Shown: positions 48,833 to 58,348 of the stretch, one piece after another
Numbering within the stretch: the first letter of the stretch is position 1
Layout of the letters: every line of letters begins with the position of its first letter
Source of the DNA: Gemmatimonadales bacterium
GTDB lineage: Bacteria; Gemmatimonadota; Gemmatimonadetes; Gemmatimonadales; GWC2-71-9
DNA length: 64,000 nucleotides
Reading direction: 5' to 3'
Assembly: GCA_037189525.1 (NCBI GenBank)
Contig: JBBCJC010000002.1
Location: 640,001-704,000, forward strand
Made by a program: the position numbers and the translations under genes
Notes under the pieces: model-generated
Seen by the model: the letters and a program-made list of their open reading frames with translations, nothing else
Databases searched by the model: none
What the model was told of the DNA's origin: nothing

Positions 48833-49763
48833 ACGACAGATCGACGGCCGGGCCGGAAGGCAGCAGGTCCTCGGTCATCCCGAAAAACCATTCCGGGCCC
48901 TTCTTGGCTTTGAGCAGGAAGCCGTAGTCGAGGGTCAGCTCCGAGTTGTCCAGCGGTTTGACCGTGGTGCCTTGATAGGTCGGGGTGTGGTAGAACAGGT
49001 TGATGAACGCGGCCTGTTGTCCCCAGAACCGGAAGCGCACCCCGCCGTTGGCCGACGCGAACACGGTCCGCTGATACTCGCTCAACGCCCCGTGCTTCGG
49101 GGTGGTGCCGATGCCGAGCCCTCCCTCGGCGGTCCAGCGGTGGTCGAGTTGGGCCCGGGCGGTCGTGAGCAGACTCGCCGAGACGACCTGGCGGCCGTAT
49201 CCCTCTGGGGCGCCGACCGGGAGGGTCACGGCAACGGTCGTCTGCCAGTGTGAGGTGTGCCGGTGGCCCGCGATCAGGCGGAGGTCGCCCAGGAAGCCGC
49301 GGTGCTTCGGAAACGTGATGCTGTCGCCGGCGGGGGTCTTGATCAGATACTCGAACTGATTGCGGGGCCGGACCTCGCGGGCAGCCACCTGCAGCCCGGT
49401 CAGGTTGTGGTACCAGTCGAGGAAGCCATCGAGGAAGCCGTCGTTCGAGGCATTGAAGCCGATCGAGGCGCCGACGAACCCGTTGCCCAGGTTCCGGGTG
49501 GCGGTCAGGTCGACCCGGAGCACCTCGGCGTCGAGGACGATCCGGCTGCTGGGCCGTCCCTGGTACTCGATCATGTTGGCCAGGTCCATCAAGGCCCGGA
49601 ACTCCCAGGTCTTGCCGGCGTCGATATAGGGCTGGGTGTACAAGCCTGACCGGGCGGTCTGCACCGGATTGACGGGAATATATGGCGGCAGACTCTGCGC
49701 AGCGAGCGGATAACTTCCGAGCATGAGCGCGAGCAGCGGAACGGCAGTGCGGGGCGTGATCAT
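48810..49763 (-). CDS. DUF3187-like outer-membrane beta-barrel protein
   Basis: Signal peptide; GFLDGFLDWYH..TG, EDL..GP..D, terminal W. Confidence 0.65.
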   Translation of the reverse strand: MITPRTAVPLLALMLGSYPLAAQSLPPYIPVNPVQTARSGLYTQPYIDAGKTWEFRALMDLANMIEYQGRPSSRIVLDAEVLRVDLTATRNLGNGFVGASIGFNASNDGFLDGFLDWYHNLTGLQVAAREVRPRNQFEYLIKTPAGDSITFPKHRGFLGDLRLIAGHRHTSHWQTTVAVTLPVGAPEGYGRQVVSASLLTTARAQLDHRWTAEGGLGIGTTPKHGALSEYQRTVFASANGGVRFRFWGQQAAFINLFYHTPTYQGTTVKPLDNSELTLDYGFLLKAKKGPEWFFGMTEDLLPSGPAVDLSFRIGMRW

Positions 49764-49792
49764 CCGGGGAAAATAGCGGCACCGCGGTCAGT

Positions 49793-49832
49793 CACACCTC
49801 CCTCGATCGTGATCACGGTCGAGGGAGGTGTG
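49793..49832. repeat. 19-bp inverted repeat (terminator or REP-like hairpin)
   Basis: CACACCTCCCTCGATCGTG-AT-CACGGTCGAGGGAGGTGTG, one mismatch. Confidence 0.7.
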
Positions 49833-49855
49833 GTTTCCCGAAGTAGCAGCGGAGA

Positions 49856-50314
49856 TCAGGCCCCGTCCGGGATCTCCGGCTCGACCAGGCGCGCAAGCTG
49901 CTCCAACGATTCCTGCCAGCCGAGGTAGCAGTACTCGACCGGGATCGAGGGTGGGAGATTGGCCTGCGTCACGTGGATCTCGGTACCGACAGCTACCGGC
50001 GCCAGCGACACGGTGACTTCCATGATCTCCGGCATGGCCGGATCGTCGAACTGGTCGGTGGAGCGGATCAGCGAGTTCTGGACGAGCTCGAGATACTTCA
50101 CGCGGAAGGAGTGGCTGCTCCCCGTGCCGAAGTTGGTGAAGGACATCCGGTAGCCGCCGCCGACTCGCGCGTCGATCTCGTGCACCTTGCCGAGAAAACC
50201 GTAGGGCGGGAGCCATCGTTCCAGCGCGCTGGCGTCGAAGAAGGCGCGATAGACGCGCTCAGGCGGAGCACGGAGCACTCGATGTAAGCGGACGGTGTTG
50301 TTGTCTTTTGACAT
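49856..50314 (-). CDS. SRPBCC/AHA1 family protein
   Basis: VRLHRVLRAPPERVYRAF, WLPP.GF, CYLGWQESL..LA.LVE. Confidence 0.9.
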   Translation of the reverse strand: MSKDNNTVRLHRVLRAPPERVYRAFFDASALERWLPPYGFLGKVHEIDARVGGGYRMSFTNFGTGSSHSFRVKYLELVQNSLIRSTDQFDDPAMPEIMEVTVSLAPVAVGTEIHVTQANLPPSIPVEYCYLGWQESLEQLARLVEPEIPDGA

Positions 50315-50370
50315 GATCGTTTCTCCTCTGGTCGTTGACGCCGCCCTCGTGTTCCCGGGCGGCAGATGTG

Positions 50371-50829
50371 TCATCCGTTGACGGCTGCCGGGTCCATCCA
50401 GAACGGCTCCCAGGTATGCCCGTCGGGATCGCGGAAACTCCAGCCGTACATGAAGCCGTGATCCACCGGGTCGCCAGCGTGGCTACCGCCCGCTGCGATC
50501 GCGCTCTTCACCATCAGGTCGACATCTTCGCGCTTCGCAACGGAGAGCGCGAAGAGCGCATAGGTCTCCTTGCCGCGGTTACCGAAGGGGCGCTTGGTAA
50601 ACTCCTTGAACCGCGGCTCGGTGAGCAGCATGAAGTAGGCATCTTCGCCCACCAACATGCAGGTGGCGGTTGCGTCGGTGAACTGCGTGTTGAAGCGGAA
50701 GCCAAGCGCCTCGAAGAAGGTGATCGAGCGCTGCAGATCGGTCACTGGGATGTTCACGAAGAGCTTGCGCGGAGTGTCCGGCGCGGTACCGGCGCGCGTG
50801 ATCACTGGGGCCTTGCTGATATCCGTCAT
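50371..50829 (-). CDS. VOC (glyoxalase-like) family protein
   Basis: LFVNIPV.DL.RS..FFEALGF, DHGFMY..SF.DPDGH.WE. Confidence 0.9.
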   Translation of the reverse strand: MTDISKAPVITRAGTAPDTPRKLFVNIPVTDLQRSITFFEALGFRFNTQFTDATATCMLVGEDAYFMLLTEPRFKEFTKRPFGNRGKETYALFALSVAKREDVDLMVKSAIAAGGSHAGDPVDHGFMYGWSFRDPDGHTWEPFWMDPAAVNG

Positions 50830-50914
50830 GATGGTCTCCTGCCCGTTTTGGGGCCGTTGTCCGGATGGGTGCATGGGACGACAGCTCCCGGTCCGGCGAT
50901 GTATGTACCCCCTT

Positions 50915-50942
50915 AGACGGCGGGACCGGCCCAAACTCATCG
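50915..50942 (-). promoter_or_regulatory. Putative SigG-type promoter CGATGA-N18-GTCT
   Basis: Minus strand CGATGA (50942-50937), 18 nt, GTCT (50918-50915), upstream of the VOC gene. Confidence 0.65.
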
Positions 50943-50984
50943 GTCGATCATCGGCCACCTGTTAAGTCGTTGAGGCTTGGTGCT

Positions 50985-51941
50985 TTAGTGGCCGAGCGTG
51001 AGGGGGAGTCCGAACCGGGGAAAGAGGGTTTCGACGTCGAGGTAGGAGGTCATTGCGGTGATCCTGGTGTCGTCCAACTCCAGCAGGATGAGGGCCCAGG
51101 CCCGGGCGCCGTGATCCCGGTACTGGGCAAACGCCGGTGTGCCACCGCTGGCTTGGACCGGGACCAGGACCGATCCTCGGCAGCCGATCCCGTGACCCAG
51201 AAACCACCGCGAGACCGAATCGTGGCCTCGGAGCCAGAGGTCGAAGGGCGGCATGGAGAGGGTCACTTCGTCGTGGAGCAGTTCGGTCAGCGCCGTCACG
51301 TCGTACGCTTCGAACGCGGCCAGGTAGCGTTCGAGGAGCGACTGCTGCTCGGCGCTGAGCAAGCGCGGCACCACCGCCGGATTGCGGGTCGCCAAGGTAG
51401 CTCTGGCACGCTGCAGGGCGCTATTCACCGCGGCGACCGTCATGTCCAGCGACGTAGCCGTCTCGGCCGCCGACCAGTTGAGCACCTGGGTGAGCAGCAG
51501 AACCGCGCGCTGCCGGGGCGGTAGGTACTGCAGCGCGGCGACGAACGCGAGACGGATGCTTTCCCTGAGGATGGCATGCTCCTCGGGGTCGGTGGAATCC
51601 TCGGCCGGGAGGGCCAACGCATCGGGAATCGGCTCGACCCAATGCTCGGGCGGTTGCGTAGCGAGGCGCATGTCGTCTTGGACTTCTGCCGGCGCGGGCG
51701 TGGTATCGACCGGACGATGACGCCGCCGGGCCGCGTGACTCAGCGAGTCCAGGCATACATTGGTGGCGATCCGGTAGAGCCAGGTGCGCAGAGACGCCTG
51801 CTGACGAAACGAGTCCCGGTGCTTCCACGCCCTGAGCAGGGCCTCCTGGACCGCATCTTCGGCGTCGACGACCGAACCGAGCATCCGGTAGCAGTGGCCC
51901 GTGAGGGCAGCGCGATGTTCCTCGAACGTAACAGCAGTCAT
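50985..51941 (-). CDS. SigG-like ECF sigma factor with C-terminal SnoaL-like domain
   Basis: HCYRMLGS..DAEDAVQE, WLYRIATNVCLD, W.EP.PD, RLAFVAALQ.LPPRQRA, NSALQRARA, SMPPF..W..G. Confidence 0.92.
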   Translation of the reverse strand: MTAVTFEEHRAALTGHCYRMLGSVVDAEDAVQEALLRAWKHRDSFRQQASLRTWLYRIATNVCLDSLSHAARRRHRPVDTTPAPAEVQDDMRLATQPPEHWVEPIPDALALPAEDSTDPEEHAILRESIRLAFVAALQYLPPRQRAVLLLTQVLNWSAAETATSLDMTVAAVNSALQRARATLATRNPAVVPRLLSAEQQSLLERYLAAFEAYDVTALTELLHDEVTLSMPPFDLWLRGHDSVSRWFLGHGIGCRGSVLVPVQASGGTPAFAQYRDHGARAWALILLELDDTRITAMTSYLDVETLFPRFGLPLTLGH

Positions 51942-52309
51942 GTCGGGAGGCTGACGGTTTCAGTTGCCATGGTCGTCATCATGCTTCGAAATCGTTGCGG
52001 AGAAGGCATACGCTGCCGCTCCGTTCATTTTTGGGAGACGTGGTACTCCGGGTCGCCTGCACCGGCCGTGTTCGATTTCGGTGGCGTTGGTCGTGGACAG
52101 ATGGGGCCTCGATTGAAGCCATGGGAGTAGGCGAGTTGCGTTGAGCCGAAGGAACACTGCTCCCTAACGGATCCGCGGTCCCGGTCCGGAAAGGGTGGGG
52201 GATTCGCTCGAGTTGGGCAGGTATGGGAGGCTGCTTGGTACTCGAGAGGCTGCCGATTTCCGAGGATGGTCTAGATTCCATTGACCTTTCCTTCGGATCC
52301 AAGATTTCG

Positions 52310-53656
52310 ATGTTCGTATTCGTCCTGTCGATGTTTTGGGCGTTTCTGGCGCCGTCGGTTGCTCAGTCGCAAACGAGTGGGCCACCCAACGTGGTCCTCA
52401 TCGTCACCGACGATGCGGGGTATGGTGATCTCAGCAGCTACGGTGCTGCCGATCTCCGCACCCCGAACCTCGATGCGCTGGCCCGCGCCGGGGTCCGGTT
52501 CACCGACTTTTACGCCAATGCGCCCCTCTGCACGCCGACCCGCGCTGCGCTGATCTCCGGCCGGTACCAGCAACGCTCGAGTCTCGAGCAGGCGTTGAGC
52601 CACGCTGCGTCGTCGCACGCCGAGTGGGGTCTGGTTCCCACGGGGAACTCGCTGCCGCAGTTGCTCAAGAATCACGGCTATGCCACGGCGCTGATCGGCA
52701 AATGGCACCTGGGGTACAAATCCGAGTACAGTCCGGCAGCGCACGGGTTCGATTACTTCTTCGGATTCAAAAGCGGGTACGTCGACTACTACCGGCATAC
52801 TGACGGAAACGGGCGACCCGATTTTTTCGAGAACGACACGCCGATTACCCGCGACGGCTACATGACCGATCTGATCACCGAGCGGTCGCTCGATTTCATG
52901 CGCCGGCATACGGCCAAACCGTTCTTTCTCGAAGTGGCGTACAGCGCGCCGCATTGGCCCTATCAGCCGCCGGGGCAGCCGTCGACGGCGCGGGGCAATG
53001 CTCGTCATCTGACGCCGTCGGATGACTCGACCAGTACGCGGGCCGATTATGTCGCCATGGTGGAGCGTGCCGACTGGGGGGTCGGCCGGATTCTCCGGAT
53101 GCTCGACAGCTTGGGGCTCGAGCGGAATACGCTGGTCATTTTCACGAATGACAACGGCGGCGAGTGGCTCTCCCGCAACGAGCCGTTCTTCCATCGCAAG
53201 TGGACGCTTTGGGAGGGCGGCATCCGGGTGCCGACGATCATGCGCTGGCCCGGGCGGATTCCCGCCGGCGCCGTGACCGCTCAGGTCGGCATCACGATGG
53301 ATCTCTCCGCCACCATCCTCTCCGCAGCTGGCGCATCGATTCCCCGGGAGGCGCGGTTCGAAGGGATCGATCTCGTCCCGATCGTGAGCGGCGCCTCACC
53401 TGAGGTCGAGCGCACCCTGTTCTGGCGTACCGCGGTTGGCGGTTGGAATCAGCGCGCGGTGCGTTCGGGCGACTGGAAACTGCTGGTCGACGGACTCTCG
53501 ACCTTCCTGTTCAACCTTCGCGATGATCCCGGCGAGCGGAACGATCTGGCACGGCAGCGGTCCGATATTGCCCAACGACTCCGTCCGCTGCTTGCCACAT
53601 GGGAAGCGGATGTGTCAGCCGAGGCCAAGGCGAGGGCGGCGCCGGGAGGACACTGA
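52310..53656 (+). CDS. Cys-type sulfatase (arylsulfatase A-like)
   Basis: PNVVLIVTDD, CTPTRAALISG (CxPxR), GKWHLG, APHWP, NDNG, EGG.RVP. Confidence 0.93.
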   Translation: MFVFVLSMFWAFLAPSVAQSQTSGPPNVVLIVTDDAGYGDLSSYGAADLRTPNLDALARAGVRFTDFYANAPLCTPTRAALISGRYQQRSSLEQALSHAASSHAEWGLVPTGNSLPQLLKNHGYATALIGKWHLGYKSEYSPAAHGFDYFFGFKSGYVDYYRHTDGNGRPDFFENDTPITRDGYMTDLITERSLDFMRRHTAKPFFLEVAYSAPHWPYQPPGQPSTARGNARHLTPSDDSTSTRADYVAMVERADWGVGRILRMLDSLGLERNTLVIFTNDNGGEWLSRNEPFFHRKWTLWEGGIRVPTIMRWPGRIPAGAVTAQVGITMDLSATILSAAGASIPREARFEGIDLVPIVSGASPEVERTLFWRTAVGGWNQRAVRSGDWKLLVDGLSTFLFNLRDDPGERNDLARQRSDIAQRLRPLLATWEADVSAEAKARAAPGGH

Positions 53657-53683
53657 CGGCGCGCTGGGGCAGACCGCTAACGA

Positions 53684-53716
53684 AACGGGGCCGCGCTACA
53701 TTCGCGCGGCCCCGTT
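53684..53716. terminator. Hairpin between convergent genes
   Basis: AACGGGGCCGCGC-TACATTC-GCGCGGCCCCGTT perfect 13-bp stem. Confidence 0.7.
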
Positions 53717-53742
53717 GTCGTACCCCTCTCGACAGAGAGCGA

Positions 53743-54639
53743 TCAGTCGTTTCGCTGCCAATCCACCTTGGACGTCACCGTCTGTTTGGACTTGTTGCGC
53801 AGGATCTCCAGCTTCATTACATCGCCAGGCTCGTAGGAGTGGAGGATGCGGAGCAGGCTGGACGGTCCGCGCGCCGGGCGACCATCCACGCTCAGCACCA
53901 CGTCGCCGCCCTTGAGACCCATCGGGTTGTTGCGCGGTGTGTCGATGACGAGCACCCCTTCGGTCGTGCCGAAATAGGCGCCGAGATCGGGATTGATCGG
54001 GGCCAGTTCGAGCTCCGCGAATGGCCCGCCGATCCGGCGGATCATCATATCGGGCGATCCGAACGCCGTCATGCGACGCTGGCCCGGCGCCGACGGGGGA
54101 TCGGGAATCCGGAACCGCATCTCGCCGTCGTCGATGCTGCGGAAGGTGAGCATCCGGTCGTCCGACGCGATGACATTGACCGTCTTGGTCTCGCTGCCGC
54201 GCCGGTATTCGAGTGCGGCCGTGTCGCCCGGCTCGAGTTTGGCGGCCAACTCGACCATCCGAAGGCCGGGATACGATTCGTTTCCTGCGGCGCTCCGGTC
54301 GCCCTCGGTGCCGATCAGGCGCTGGCCGTTGAATCGGGTCACGAGGTCACCCGCGCGCAAGCCGGCTTTGGCGGCCGGACTTGCCGGTGTCACCGACAGG
54401 ATCGTGGCGCCGATCGAATCCGCCGGCGTGGCCTCGACCTGGATGATGATGCCGAGCCGGGCGCGTCGGCTCGCAAAAAAGTCGAGCGGGTCGACTTCGC
54501 TGTCGTTGACCCAGACCCGCGGACGGGCATCGCCCGTGCTTCGCCGCACTTCGATCCGATCGATCGGCGGCTGCGCCCAGAGCGGAGTCGTGAGAGTGCC
54601 GACGGCCAGGGTGGTCAACAGGAACTGCTTGGTACGCAT
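53743..54639 (-). CDS. Secreted tandem-PDZ protein lacking a protease domain
   Basis: Signal peptide; RARLGI...SPAAKAGLRAGD; second PDZ L...FG...GVLV...GLKGGDVV..VDG. Confidence 0.8.
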   Translation of the reverse strand: MRTKQFLLTTLAVGTLTTPLWAQPPIDRIEVRRSTGDARPRVWVNDSEVDPLDFFASRRARLGIIIQVEATPADSIGATILSVTPASPAAKAGLRAGDLVTRFNGQRLIGTEGDRSAAGNESYPGLRMVELAAKLEPGDTAALEYRRGSETKTVNVIASDDRMLTFRSIDDGEMRFRIPDPPSAPGQRRMTAFGSPDMMIRRIGGPFAELELAPINPDLGAYFGTTEGVLVIDTPRNNPMGLKGGDVVLSVDGRPARGPSSLLRILHSYEPGDVMKLEILRNKSKQTVTSKVDWQRND

Positions 54640-54663
54640 ACGGTGCTATGACTCCTGTGGGCC

Positions 54664-55272
54664 CTAAAAGCCCACGTAACGGGCGCCGGACAGGTGAACA
54701 TCGACCAGCGCGTCGAGCAGTCCGACACGCTCGCGCCACAGCCGGAGCATCTGCTCACGCTGGGTTTGCTGGTCCATCAGATTGACCGCCTGAATCTGCC
54801 GGTCGAGGTGTGCGACCCGATCTTCGAGCAGCGACGTCACCGCCACCGTATGGCCATTGACGACCTGCCGGTCCTGATCGAAGCCGGACAGCGCTTGTTC
54901 GAGCTGCGAAGCCCGGCTCATCACTTCCGCCAGCTCCGGATCGGCCGCGACCAGGGTGCGTTCCTCTTTGCGCAACGAGAATCCGGTAATGGCGAGAATG
55001 ACGGTTGCCGCCAGCGCGACACCACCCAGCGCTACCTGCCTGAGCCGAAGCCGCCGGCGTTCGCGGGCGGCTTCGAGTCGGACGGCGCCGAACAGGTCGC
55101 GGGAAGGACGAAGGGTTGGGAGCGCGCGGAGCCGAGCGCTCCGCTGATCCAGCCGAGTCAGTTCGTCTCGGCAGGCGCCACAGTGATCGAGATGCTCGCG
55201 CCACGACATGACCTGGGGCTCGAGCCCCGGCTCGCGGGTGGCCAGCAGCTGATCGATATTCAAATGTGTCAT
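54664..55272 (-). CDS. Putative anti-sigma factor (HxxxCxxC, TM, helical C-terminal domain)
   Basis: HLDHCGAC ZAS-like motif; TM; LW.ERV.LL..LV tail. Confidence 0.78.
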   Translation of the reverse strand: MTHLNIDQLLATREPGLEPQVMSWREHLDHCGACRDELTRLDQRSARLRALPTLRPSRDLFGAVRLEAARERRRLRLRQVALGGVALAATVILAITGFSLRKEERTLVAADPELAEVMSRASQLEQALSGFDQDRQVVNGHTVAVTSLLEDRVAHLDRQIQAVNLMDQQTQREQMLRLWRERVGLLDALVDVHLSGARYVGF

Positions 55273-55808
55273 ACGGGTACCGCTTCCTCGCCCAGCCATC
55301 GCCGGAGCCGGGCGTGGGCACGCGCCAGCTGCGACTTCGAAAAGCTGACCGTGCGGTCCATCATCTTGGCGATTTCTTCGTGAGTGTATCCCTCGACGTC
55401 GTGGAGCCAGACCACGGCGCGCGAGGTTTCGGGCAAGCGCTCCAGCGCAGCTTCCAGGTCCATCCGGAGCGCCGTATCCTCCCGGCGCATCGGGGCGATC
55501 TCATCGTTGAGTTCGTCAGTGTCCCGGTACTTGTTGCGACGGAGGCGCATCAGCGCTTTGCTGGACGCAATGGTCCGGATCCAACCCCAGAGGCTGCCGT
55601 CGCCCCGATACTGCCGGATGCTGCGAAAGACCTCGAGGAACGTTTCCTGGAGCACGTCCTCGGCGTCTTCGGTGGTGCGGCAGATCCGCCGGGCCAGGTT
55701 GTACACCGGCGACTCGAAGGCGCGGAACAGAGCTTCCTGCGCCTCCGGATCACCGGCCCGGAGCCGGGGGAGTACCGCATCGGCATTGGCCAGCCGGAAT
55801 GCGTCCAT
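55269..55808 (-). CDS. ECF sigma factor
   Basis: DAEDVLQETF...YRGDG.LWGW; LP...RAVVWLHDVEGYTHEEIA...SFSKSQL.RA. Confidence 0.92.
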   Translation of the reverse strand: MDAFRLANADAVLPRLRAGDPEAQEALFRAFESPVYNLARRICRTTEDAEDVLQETFLEVFRSIRQYRGDGSLWGWIRTIASSKALMRLRRNKYRDTDELNDEIAPMRREDTALRMDLEAALERLPETSRAVVWLHDVEGYTHEEIAKMMDRTVSFSKSQLARAHARLRRWLGEEAVPV

Positions 55809-55957
55809 GCGAAGGGTTCCTGTCAGCACACCATGAATCCTGTGAGTCTGCCTTCCAAGATGCGTAATATGGATCATTGGTTGCACCAGCGCCCGGCGGT
55901 TCCAGGTCAAAGGCCGTAACCCATTGAAATATCATGAGATAACTAGGGAGGTCCTCA

Positions 55958-56359
55958 ATGCATGTCTCGGTCCCCAGTCAGACTCGCACTGGCCGTTCGC
56001 TCCTGATAGGGACGCTCATGTTCGCTGCCTCATGCGATCTCTTCGAGGGAGATTGCACGACGGAGGCGCGGCCGGGGCTGGAGGTTGCTGTGCATGATCA
56101 GGCCGATAAACCGCTGACGATCCCCCCGTCGATCACCGTGACGGATGGAGATTTCGTCGAGCGGTATCCGCGCCAGGATCGGCCGGGGAGCGTTCTTCCC
56201 AGCTACTCCTTCGCCGTAGAGCGGCCCGGTGAGTACTCGATACGGGTCGAGGCAGCAGGCTATCGCGTTTGGCAGAAATCAGGAGTGACCGTCAAAGAGG
56301 GGAGTTGTGGTCACGTCAAGACCGTTCGGGTGACGGCCCGACTCATTCGCCGCGTATAA
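55958..56359 (+). CDS. Lipoprotein with carboxypeptidase-regulatory-like beta domain
   Basis: GGGAGG SD; lipobox FAASC; CT.EARP.L.V.V.D, ERPG.Y...VEA.GY..W. Confidence 0.7.
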   Translation: MHVSVPSQTRTGRSLLIGTLMFAASCDLFEGDCTTEARPGLEVAVHDQADKPLTIPPSITVTDGDFVERYPRQDRPGSVLPSYSFAVERPGEYSIRVEAAGYRVWQKSGVTVKEGSCGHVKTVRVTARLIRRV

Positions 56360-56482
56360 GGCAAGTGATTGTGTCATAGCGGCTTACGGCGCAGCACACC
56401 CTTGGAGATTAGATTAGCAAGGTTGCGTCCTTCTGCGAGCGCGGATCGGCGCGCCGCTTTCACCGCAATCCGGGTCGGTTTC

Positions 56483-57271
56483 GTGACTCCTTGGGTTCTT
56501 CGCATCGTCATCGCGTGCGTGGGCGTCTTCTTTCTGCAGACGACCATGCCCGCCATAACCGACCTGCTGGGTCTCCGGGTGCATGGCTTGCTCTTCCGCC
56601 CCTGGACGCTGGTGACGTACATGTTCGTCCACGGCGGGTTGAGCCACATCTTCTGGAACCTGCTGATTCTCTACTTCTTCGGTCCCGCCGTGGAGTCCCG
56701 ACTCGGCGGTGCCCGGTTCCTCCGGCTCTTCCTGATCAGCGGCATCGTGGGCGGTCTGGGCTGGCTCATCTTCAGCGCCATTCCGGGTGGCGGGATCGGT
56801 CTCCTGATCGGCGCGTCCGGTGGCGTGTACGGAGTGCAGCTCGCCTTTGCCTACTATTGGCCGAGACAGCCGATCTACATCTGGGGTATCCTGCCGATCG
56901 AGGCCCGCTGGCTGGTCATCATCATGACCGCGATGTCGCTCTACTCGGGACTGGGCGGCGGCGGGGGTAACGTGGCCCATTTTGCCCACCTGGGCGGCTT
57001 CCTCGGTGGCTTCCTGTATCTCAAGTGGATGGAGCGCCGGCAGCAGGCCCCGCTCCGTGAGTGGCGCGAGGCCTCTCGGCCGGTGGCACCCAAGGCCGAA
57101 TCGGGTTCGGGCGCGATGGAGCGCTGGTCCCGGATCCGTCGTGAGGATCTGCACGAGGTCAATCGCAGCGAACTCGACCGCATCCTCGACAAGATCAGTG
57201 CCTCAGGCATCAGCAGCCTGACACCCTCCGAGCGCGAGTTCCTCGACCGGTTCAGCGCCAGGCTGCATTAG
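56483..57271 (+). CDS. Rhomboid intramembrane serine protease with C-terminal DUF6576-like tail
   Basis: PWTLVTYMFVH....H...N, GASGG, AHFAHLGG, DRILDKIS.SG..SLT..E. Confidence 0.92.
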   Translation: MTPWVLRIVIACVGVFFLQTTMPAITDLLGLRVHGLLFRPWTLVTYMFVHGGLSHIFWNLLILYFFGPAVESRLGGARFLRLFLISGIVGGLGWLIFSAIPGGGIGLLIGASGGVYGVQLAFAYYWPRQPIYIWGILPIEARWLVIIMTAMSLYSGLGGGGGNVAHFAHLGGFLGGFLYLKWMERRQQAPLREWREASRPVAPKAESGSGAMERWSRIRREDLHEVNRSELDRILDKISASGISSLTPSEREFLDRFSARLH

Positions 57272-57293
57272 TCACGCAGCACGCCGACCGATG

Positions 57294-57335
57294 AAAAAAG
57301 CCGGACCCCTCGTTTGAAGGGTCCGGCTTTTCTTT
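57294..57335. terminator. Bidirectional intrinsic terminator
   Basis: AAAAAAGCCGGACCC...GGGTCCGGCTTTTCTTT between convergent genes. Confidence 0.85.
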
Positions 57336-57346
57336 CTGTCGAATCG

Positions 57347-58348
57347 TTAGGCGAACAGCGCCACCTGACCGCCGGTATGCCAGAACAGGACGGTCGCGTC
57401 CTTGGGGATACGGCCGTCGCGGCAGTAGGCAATCAGGCCCGCGAGACCTTTGGCGCTATAGGTATGGTCGACGAACACCGCCTGGGTGCGCGCAGCCGTG
57501 TCTTGGGCTTCCCGTGAGGCGGCCGTCGGCTGGCCGTAGCCATCGCCGACGAACCCGTCATCCACCTCCACGGTGATCGCGCCGTCGAGAGCGTTGCCGT
57601 CCAGACCAAGGAGCGGACCGAGCCCGCGCACGATGGATCGCACCTCGGCTTCGACGGCGGCCGGCGGATCGTCGGCGCTGATCCCGATGACGCGCGTCGA
57701 TAGTCCGTGCAGGGCGACACCAGCCAGGATGCCGGCCGAGGTACCGCCGGAGGAGCAGGCGTGGACGATCACGTCCGGGACAATGCCCTGAGTCTTCATT
57801 TCGCCGATGCCGTCGACGAAGCCCAGCGCGCCTTGCGGTGTCGACGCTCCGAGTGGGATGATCGCGGGTCGCCGGCCTTGGGCCCGATACCGTTCTGCAG
57901 CCCGTTCCATGGCCGGTTTGCGTTCCTCTCGGCTCGTGACATACTCGACGGTGGCGCCGAGCATCCGGTTGAGCAGCGCATTGCCGGTGGGACGTTCGGG
58001 GGCAGCGCCGTTGCCCACCAGATGGCATGTGAGTCCCGATGCGGCGGCTACGGCGGCCGTGGCGCGCGCATGATTCGACTGCACTCCGCCGCAGGAAATC
58101 AGTGTATCGACCCCGTCAGCCAGGAGCGGAGGCAGGACGTAGCGCAGCTTGCGGACCTTGTTGCCGCCGAAACCGAAGGAGACGGCATCGTCGCGCTTGC
58201 AGAGGATGCGTTGCGAGAGACCCAGCGCGTCCCGGAACCGGCCGAGTTCGTCGATCGGCGTCGGGTAGTGTCCGAAGGAGGCAATGGGCAGGCGCGCCAG
58301 GGCGTCGAGCGCCGCACTGGCCTGAGATGACGGGATCGAATTTGGCAT
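57347..58348 (-). CDS. D-cysteine desulfhydrase / ACC deaminase family PLP enzyme
   Basis: PTP, KRDD, GGNKVRKL, QSNHAR, SSGGT.AG, D..Y..K, FWHTGG. Confidence 0.92.
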   Translation of the reverse strand: MPNSIPSSQASAALDALARLPIASFGHYPTPIDELGRFRDALGLSQRILCKRDDAVSFGFGGNKVRKLRYVLPPLLADGVDTLISCGGVQSNHARATAAVAAASGLTCHLVGNGAAPERPTGNALLNRMLGATVEYVTSREERKPAMERAAERYRAQGRRPAIIPLGASTPQGALGFVDGIGEMKTQGIVPDVIVHACSSGGTSAGILAGVALHGLSTRVIGISADDPPAAVEAEVRSIVRGLGPLLGLDGNALDGAITVEVDDGFVGDGYGQPTAASREAQDTAARTQAVFVDHTYSAKGLAGLIAYCRDGRIPKDATVLFWHTGGQVALFA

